From: an uncultured Methanosarcinaceae archaeon
GTDB taxonomy: Archaea; Halobacteriota; Methanosarcinia; Methanosarcinales; Methanosarcinaceae
Assembly (NCBI GenBank): GCA_963733675.1
Contig: CAVTET010000001.1
Coordinates: 864,001 to 928,000 of the forward strand
Direction of reading: 5' to 3'
DNA length: 64,000 bases
This document shows positions 56,991-64,000 of the stretch, piece by piece (positions within the stretch are counted from its first letter, which is position 1; each line of letters begins with the position of its first letter). The position numbers and the translations under genes were made by a program. The notes under the pieces are model-generated. The model did no database searches, was not told the DNA's origin, and saw only the letters and a list, made by a program, of their open reading frames with translations.

Positions 56991-57269
56991 TGTTTCTTTA
57001 CAGTTACAGCACCTTAAGTTAGTTAAGTGTTGGTATTTAAGTTCGAAACTATACATGCATTGACTTTTAAAGTTATCTTAGAAAACCTAAAAGAAATGCA
57101 TTTTTTATATACATGTTTTAATTTAAGACCTATATATATTCTCAACATCAAATTTCCATTACAATTTTTTGTACTATTTACTACACTTACAAGGTTAATA
57201 GTATAGAGAAACGCAAACGATTTGAGTTTAAGCAAACTCGTTCTTAAATGATCGGGCCTGGGCCAATTT

Positions 57270-57590
57270 AAACCATTTTCTTGAGTAGGGTAATCACTCA
57301 TGGGATTAATTAAAAATTTACAATACTGGCTGAGATTAAGTCATTTATTGACGGGATAGGCGTATATCGGTTATAATTCATATGATCAGAACCACATAAT
57401 TTCAGTACTAATTGAGTTAAATTATTACTATTTAGGAGATATGCAAAAAAAGATATAAAGAATTAAATTTAATTATAAATTAAAGGTTTCCCAGCATCTT
57501 CAAGCAGACTTTCTATCGGACTGCAGGCATCTTCCACCTACAACTCTCAGAATTAATTTAATATCTCGCTGTAACGAATTACTTATATAA
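57270..57590 (+). repeat. Diverged dispersed non-coding repeat (copy 2)
   Basis: Colinear with ~44640-44965. Confidence 0.6.
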
Positions 57591-57658
57591 GCTTTATAAG
57601 CAATTGTTAAAAACGGAGATCAAAATTTGGACTGTGGAACAATACACTTTGACTTTTA

Positions 57659-59032
57659 GTGCCTCAACTGGATCTAAATAAACGCATACTTAATTATATA
57701 TTGGGTAATAATCCAAAAAAAAGCGTTAGAAACGTCGGAGTATCTTCACAAAATTTTTATCTAAATTCATGGTTCAATTTTGATGGCGAGGAAAAAGAAA
57801 TCGTGTCCTTAAGCTCTAAAGCATCTATCATTGAAAAAGGAGGATTAATAATATCATCATCCTTGCAACTCAGAGCCCTAAAGTTTGTCCTGCTGATCGG
57901 CGTAATGAGCTTTTTTGCAGACTTCGTGTACGAAGGTTCGCGAGGAATAATCGGCCCTTATCTTGCATTACTTGGAGCAAGTGCATTTACGGTTGCCGTA
58001 GTTACCGGATTTGGTGAATTCGTCGGGTACGCTTGGCGTCTTGTTTCGGGAAGCCTCAGTGATAAGACGGGGCAATTTTGGCCTATTACAATCTGTGGTT
58101 ATATTATCCAGATGGCTTCAGTACCGTTGCTTGCTTTGGTGGGGAGCTGGCAGATGGCAGCCGTGCTCATTATTCTGGAGCGATTTGGCCGGGCGACTCG
58201 TAACCCACCGCGCGATGTTATGCTTTCTTATGCTGCCCAAGAAATGGGAGGATATGGCTGGGCCTTTGGCATGCATGAAGCACTTGACCAATTTGGAGCA
58301 TTATTCGGCCCACTTGCTGCAGCCGGCATCCTTGCCTGGCGCGGTGACTACCGGCTCGCTTTTGCCATTTTACTCATCCCAGCTCTCATAATGGTCTCTC
58401 TCCTAGCTTTTGCACGCTTAACTTATCCACATCCAGAAGATATGAACGACATTCCCTCCAATTTAGAGACAAAGGGTCTCCCTTATGCTTTTTGGCTTTA
58501 TCTTGTGGGAGCTATGTTTGTCGCCATTGGATTTGCCGATTTTCCTTTCATGGCATATCACTTAGAAAAGATGTCTATAGTATCCACCTCCATGATTCCA
58601 ATTTTCTACGCAGTGGCTATGGGCATGAGTGGATTAGGCTCTTTACTCTTTGGCCGCCTCTTTGATAGTGTTGGCATTATCATCCTAGTTCCCCTAACTA
58701 TTATCTCTGCACTGTTTGCTCCATTAGTGTTTTTAGGAAGCTTCTGGCCGGCACTCATAGGAATTGCAATATGGGGTATGGGCATGGGGGTCCATGAGTC
58801 GATTATTCCTGCCGCAGTAGCCTTAATGGTTCCAGTTCAACGACGTGCTTCAGCGTATGGTCTCTTCACGGCAAGCTATGGAATCTTCTGGTTTCTGGGT
58901 AGTGCAGTGATTGGCAGCCTTTATAGCTTATCGCTGCCATTGCTAATCACGTTCTGCTTGGTTACAGAATTTGCCTCCCTACCACTGTTTCTCCTAGTAA
59001 AACAGCAGATGAGTCATAACTCAAGAGTTTGA
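57659..59032 (+). CDS. MFS transporter
   Basis: 12 TM segments; SFFADFVYEG, GSLSDKTG, ERFGRATRNPPRD, GRLFD; true start likely near 57851-57863 after GGAGG. Confidence 0.9.
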   Translation: MPQLDLNKRILNYILGNNPKKSVRNVGVSSQNFYLNSWFNFDGEEKEIVSLSSKASIIEKGGLIISSSLQLRALKFVLLIGVMSFFADFVYEGSRGIIGPYLALLGASAFTVAVVTGFGEFVGYAWRLVSGSLSDKTGQFWPITICGYIIQMASVPLLALVGSWQMAAVLIILERFGRATRNPPRDVMLSYAAQEMGGYGWAFGMHEALDQFGALFGPLAAAGILAWRGDYRLAFAILLIPALIMVSLLAFARLTYPHPEDMNDIPSNLETKGLPYAFWLYLVGAMFVAIGFADFPFMAYHLEKMSIVSTSMIPIFYAVAMGMSGLGSLLFGRLFDSVGIIILVPLTIISALFAPLVFLGSFWPALIGIAIWGMGMGVHESIIPAAVALMVPVQRRASAYGLFTASYGIFWFLGSAVIGSLYSLSLPLLITFCLVTEFASLPLFLLVKQQMSHNSRV

Positions 59033-59219
59033 CAGTGGGATGATAAAATAGATCTAAATTACGCATAAGTTTATCGAAAAGTTAAAAACAGCAGTATATA
59101 CTTAATTGTCTAGATCTCAATAATTTTGATGAAGCTACTTGTGCTTTATTTTCTCCCTAAATCCCATAAGTCCCATATTCGTTTTTAGTCTTCCGGACCA
59201 AAAATCTTGTAAGCATCCC

Positions 59220-59535
59220 GAAAATCATCTGACTGAACTGGAAGCTTTTTCATTTGGGAGATTCTTATGCATTGTCAGTTGGAGCCTTAGAAATCCAACG
59301 CAACGATCACGTCTGTGGTTGAAAGCATTGCATGGACACAATAGAAATCCCCTCGATCCCTATTCTTAGATCTGCTGCTCCAACAACGGTAAAATGTGAG
59401 ACAAGAAATCCCGGCTATAGTCATCTGTAGATAAAAGAGCGCTCTCAAAGCCTATGGACAGTCCTGAAATAATATTATTTACAGCTCCGGTTTTAGACAA
59501 GGCTACGATCCTTTCCAAAGGCATGTGCTTGTAGA
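59220..59535 (-). pseudogene. hppA: Internal fragment of membrane H+/Na+-translocating pyrophosphatase
   Basis: SKTGAVNNIISGLSIGFES...AMLSTT.VIVALD..G..TDNA in broken frames. Confidence 0.7.
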
Positions 59536-59774
59536 GGCTCTTTTGACATAGTTATAAATTCACAATAGATATATTGAAGAAAGTAATATGAAGATTTTCC
59601 ACTCTAAATAATGTGGTTTTAAATTTACTATAAATTTTTTATTAATTAATAGTTCCCTATAATGTTTATGCATATATAACAATTATTAACCCATAATTTG
59701 TAGAATAACAAGTTAAGTGGTTTATGAGATGGCTAGTTTCCTTATTTGGCTTTCATTAGACTGAAAAGATTTCT

Positions 59775-59866
59775 GAGAACTTCGATAAACCCTTAAAATT
59801 CATCATATACTTACAAATGGTATATAAAAAGACTTATGAAAATCAGAGGTTTATCGAGAGATTCTC
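59775..59866. mobile_element. ~90-bp MITE, family C
   Basis: TIR GAGAACTTCGATAAACC / GGTTTATCGAGAGATTCTC. Confidence 0.65.
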
Positions 59867-60411
59867 CTAATAAAATTTTTGTATCATTCTTGCCAAAAAT
59901 ATTTGTCAGCACATCGTTTCGATTAAAAGTTTCAGTTGCAAGAGTTGAGTGAGGTTCATTATATCTGTTCTTTATGATACAATTTATGGCGGAGCCTAAC
60001 ATAAGAACTTAATTATCTATGATCTTTTAGGGAAACTTTCGATAATGAATCGTATTATTAAGTGTAAGTTGTGAAATGAAGTCTGAATATAATTGATCTA
60101 GCTCTTTATGCATAAACACCTTCTTGTGCATTTTCAACTATTTAAGGATAGTAGTAATGAAGACAAGTATATGATTTTCTAAACCGCAAGACTTGGGAAC
60201 TATTTCTGTCAATTTGAATTACAAATTCAGAGGCTAGTGGAATTGCCTAAAAAGCTATTTTGACATCCATGATCAAAGTTACATTTGTGCCGTCGATGAC
60301 AATTCAACTATTTGTTTTTAGACTATTTTGAAAACTAAAATTAAAACGAACTTCCTCTAAAAATAATCACAAAATTAATGTTCAAAAAATTGCAAGATTA
60401 AGGATGGTTTA

Positions 60412-60499
60412 GATAATTTCGATAAACCTTCTATTTAACAAATTGTTTATATAAGCGTTATAAACAAACAACTAAAAAATGGAATTCATAGAAATCCTC
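60412..60499. mobile_element. ~88-bp MITE, family C
   Basis: GATAATTTCGATAAACC...ATAGAAATCCTC; colinear with 19038-19124. Confidence 0.65.
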
Positions 60500-60632
60500 T
60501 TTGATCTATTTGAGCCTATTATTCTAAGAATTTAACATTTGTTTTTGGGAAAATGTAGAAAGAGTATTATGCTAAAAATTGTCAATAACTCATGAATAAG
60601 ACCTCAAAATCCTAAGTTGGATATTTCTCTAA

Positions 60633-60980
60633 TCAAACAAGCTTCAGGTCTCGAGTAACTTTATCTATGAGCTCTTCCTTTGCTGGCCCGATTCCAAGAA
60701 CAGTGACTGTTCCAGGAGGAATTTCCGTGAGTCCTGCATCCTGTATCAAGGCTGTTGAAAGTCCTTGACGTCTTGCTTTTTCTTTTACAACGTAAAGGTC
60801 CTCAAGAGTAGGAACTTTAAGGACAACTTTTTTCTGTCCGCCTTCCTTCCATTTTTTAACATCATCTTTAGTTGACCAGTCAGCTGCAGAAATGGCTGCG
60901 TGAGCTACCTGTACTGCAAACTTGCCTTTAGAAATTTTAAGATCGTCACGAGTAACTATGCACTGTTTATATTCACTCAT
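60633..60980 (-). CDS. pth2: Peptidyl-tRNA hydrolase Pth2
   Basis: [46 protein letters not shown]. Confidence 0.97.
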   Translation of the reverse strand: MSEYKQCIVTRDDLKISKGKFAVQVAHAAISAADWSTKDDVKKWKEGGQKKVVLKVPTLEDLYVVKEKARRQGLSTALIQDAGLTEIPPGTVTVLGIGPAKEELIDKVTRDLKLV

Positions 60981-61080
60981 CCTTTACCTCAAGCATATTC
61001 AAGGTCAGCCTATTTCATAAATGTTTTCAGTATTGTTTACTATGGCTGTTTTACCCTGAAAAGACATCTAATAAACTATA

Positions 61081-61170
61081 GAGAATTTCGATAAATCTCT
61101 AATTTTTAAAAGTCATATAGATACTATTTTAGAAGTACATGAATACATAGAAGGGTTTATCGAAATAATC
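61081..61170. mobile_element. ~90-bp MITE, family C
   Basis: GAGAATTTCGATAAATC / GGTTTATCGAAATAATC. Confidence 0.65.
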
Positions 61171-61944
61171 TGTAGCGATTTCTAAATATAATAAAACATT
61201 ATTATATGTAAGCTAATTATATCAAATTAATGATGGTATTTAATATGTTTACTATGAATGATATTGCTAAACAACCCTTAGTTTCTGTGACAAAACAAAA
61301 AAATTAAATCTTAAGCCTTATTATTGATCAAAAATGGCTTGAGTCCAGTAAAGTTGCAGAATATTTTTTTGGACTATTGCTCAACTGTACATTGTTAAAT
61401 AAAGCGTGCTGAAGAAAAAAGTTTATTTTAGACTTAAATATAAACATAGTTAAAGAGTAAAATCTTTTTTAACAGAAGAACACCTTTTTGGGTTAAAAGA
61501 AACACTTTCAGAGCTATACCACCATATAGTGTTTATAATCGTGGTTAGAAAACAACAAACTCAATCCAATTTTTAAAAAAGGAACTTAAAACATCTTATT
61601 CTGAATCAAGAATTGGACTAATTATTAAGACTTAGAGTTTAGGAAAATAACTATATCTTAGACTAAAATGAATAAACTAAGCACTTAATACTAAATTTAT
61701 AGCTTAAGTTCAACAAACATATTCTGAATTTTGAAATCGATTCATTACCCATCCTATGATAGTTTTTGTTTGTATTCCAGCATATATAGATATCGTGAGA
61801 TTAAGACCCAAAACAGATTAAATATACAATTAGTTCAAAAGCCAAAATCACTATTAGAGAATTTTATGCTGAAAACTAAGAGTTGTATATGTACGATCTC
61901 AGAATTACATATAATGCAGTATCATTCCTATAATCATTACTTAA

Positions 61945-62033
61945 GAGAATTTGGATAAACCCCTCGATTTCTTCATATGCCCATAAATTGGATATAAATT
62001 ACTCGTGAAAATTAGAAGTTTATCAAAACTCTC
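61945..62033. mobile_element. 89-bp MITE, family C
   Basis: GAGAATTTGGATAAAC / GTTTATCAAAACTCTC flanked by TAA on both sides. Confidence 0.7.
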
Positions 62034-62066
62034 TAAACTATTTTGTCCAACATTTACAGTCATTTT

Positions 62067-63038
62067 CTATAAAATATCCTGTATGTTATCAAGAATATAC
62101 TCTGCAGAATTTATTCCCAATGCATCAAATATTCCTTTCCCAGAAGGTGTTCCATTGATTTCAAGAATTTTAGATGTTTGTTCAATCCCATTATATTCTT
62201 TACCATTTTCTACGTTCAGAATCCCAGTAAAACACTCAATGATGTCAACACCTGCGAATGTTGTGCCTATTGCAGTGGAAGCTTTTTCTGCAATTTCTTT
62301 TTGTTCATAGGTAAGGATGCAGCGATCCACACTACCACCCTGGCTGAGGTTGTTTACCCAAGAACCTGCAGCAGCTTTCCGATAAATTGCACCAATTACG
62401 GAATCTCCAACAACAAAAACTCGGATATCTCTCCCCGGATTTTCTATAAACTCCTGAATATATAACATCCCCCTTTCTTCGAGCAGCTTTTCAAGAGCAG
62501 ATTCCAGAGGTGCAGACTCAGGTTTTCTGTCCGAAAATCGAAGTTCTCCATCCTTGATTCTTGCAATATTCTTTCCTTTATATCCAAAAGTAGGTTTTAT
62601 GACAGAATCTCCGAATTTTGATACTAGCCTGAGAGCAGATCTCAGATCCTGCACTGCCATGGTTTTGGGTGTAGGCAGACCAGCTTCTGCCAGAAGATAG
62701 GAAGCATGATACTTGTTTGCAGCATTCTGGATAGCTTCAGGAGAATTAATGACCGGAATTCCGCCAGCCTCAAGTTCCCTCAGGATGTCAAACCTGAAGG
62801 AAACCCCATCGAAAGCCCCTGCACCCATATCCCTCACAATAAGAGCATCAAAGTCCAAGAGGGAGATATTGCCAGCTTTAAAATAAACTGTCGATTTGAT
62901 GCTTGTTGAATTTATGCTGACCTCTGCAATCCTAAGATCCAGAATAAAAGGTGAAAAGCCTCTTTTCCTTGATGCATCAATAAGTGCCCGAGCTGTCCAG
63001 TCTTCTGGGTCGGTAACTATGATACCTATTTTTTTCAT
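62067..63038 (-). CDS. mptN: Tetrahydromethanopterin:alpha-L-glutamate ligase (RimK/ATP-grasp)
   Basis: [55 protein letters not shown]. Confidence 0.88.
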   Translation of the reverse strand: MKKIGIIVTDPEDWTARALIDASRKRGFSPFILDLRIAEVSINSTSIKSTVYFKAGNISLLDFDALIVRDMGAGAFDGVSFRFDILRELEAGGIPVINSPEAIQNAANKYHASYLLAEAGLPTPKTMAVQDLRSALRLVSKFGDSVIKPTFGYKGKNIARIKDGELRFSDRKPESAPLESALEKLLEERGMLYIQEFIENPGRDIRVFVVGDSVIGAIYRKAAAGSWVNNLSQGGSVDRCILTYEQKEIAEKASTAIGTTFAGVDIIECFTGILNVENGKEYNGIEQTSKILEINGTPSGKGIFDALGINSAEYILDNIQDIL

Positions 63039-63379
63039 AAAGTATCATCTAAGGGATACCAAATCAAGTTTACGATAAAGAAATATTGGAAAACTTTTCA
63101 GCCATCAGCGTGAACAAAGCGGAATTAAATTCAAATTGAATTATAAAATAAAGTGCATATGTATATATTATACCATGATGAAAGACGATGAACGAAATCA
63201 AAATTAATTTATACACACCATCCCAATCCAGAATGTAAAGAAAATTTTGATTTACATCTAATTTATTTCTTTGTGGGAATCCTGTTAAGATCTTTCTCGC
63301 TACTCCTGTATTGGCCAGATTTGTTCTTTCTAGATTCATTATTCTTTGATTTTTAAGATAGCTTCAGCTATCCCTTAAA

Positions 63380-64000
63380 TATTCTTTTTAGATTCAATGT
63401 CATCTACTTGATAGATATTATAACACAAAGCTGTATACAACATCTTCAGACCTCCTTTTAGACAGTAGTGACAACAACTTATTCTGCTTTGGATACCTTT
63501 TTAGTGATTGCATAAACTCGTTGCACTTAAGCTTTTTTGAGCTAATCCTCTTATTTCTTAATACATGACTCATTTTCAGAAGAGATTCTTTCCCCCTCTT
63601 TTCATTATTGCATCATAACCTTCTGATTTTGCTCCAAAGTATCCCCAATCTCTGTAAACCATTTCATTTTTTCAGATAAATTTACTTGGAAATCATGAAG
63701 TTGTAAAATTGTTGTTTCGAATTTTCGGATAGTGTCGCGATCCCTTTCTATTATGCTATGAAGTTTATATCAAAATGTGACTTATCACCCTTTTTGGCCC
63801 AGGATCCTTCTCTACTTCGTCTTATTTTGCATTATTTTCTCGATGTTTATCCGCTTTTGCATATCCAATATCTGAATGGATAAAAGTAGAGTCCTAACAA
63901 TTACCTTTGTTATCTTCAACCCAAGACAATCAAGGTGGTTTTACAACTGTATCTACATTTTATCTTCTTTGAAGTTATCAATCGTTTTTTAGAAATGAAC
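63380..64000 (-). mobile_element. IS5-family transposase pseudogene (runs off the window end)
   Basis: DSTFIHSD.G.AKADK, WAKKG.KSHF.YKLH, LHDFQVNLSE, YRDWGYFG in broken frames. Confidence 0.8.

Noticed and set aside
57659-57850. Long N-terminal extension of the MFS transporter
   Set aside because: Hydrophilic and non-conserved-looking; a strong GGAGG at ~57839 points to a later start

Overview
AT-rich archaeal DNA, most likely Methanosarcina or a close relative, judged from the nifH-nifI1-nifI2-nifDKEN order, an MptN-like ligase, XPB-Bax1, Pth2 and Methanosarcina-type IS remnants. The core is a ~31 kb nitrogen/molybdenum island (11.4-42.1 kb). It holds an APC permease + PP2C phosphatase operon, a divergent glnK1(pseudo)-amtB unit, a 7x HTH-repeat protein, a membrane-anchored bacterial-type Ser/Thr kinase, a stand-alone glnK, a frameshifted KimA-like transporter, a Mo-nitrogenase cluster with a duplicated nifI2, and mod genes with no intact modA. 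The most novel-looking signals are (i) the PP2C/APC-permease/Ser-Thr-kinase module interleaved with PII/Amt/nif genes and (ii) six phased ~39-bp promoter-like direct repeats (~67-bp period) upstream of that permease. The rest is heavily eroded accessory DNA: many pseudogenes, IS6/IS5/IS1/IS110/IS200-605 relics, three MITE families, a fluoride riboswitch-crcB unit, small secreted low-complexity peptides and two candidate ncRNAs. All calls come from reading the sequence and recalling family motifs; no searches were run.
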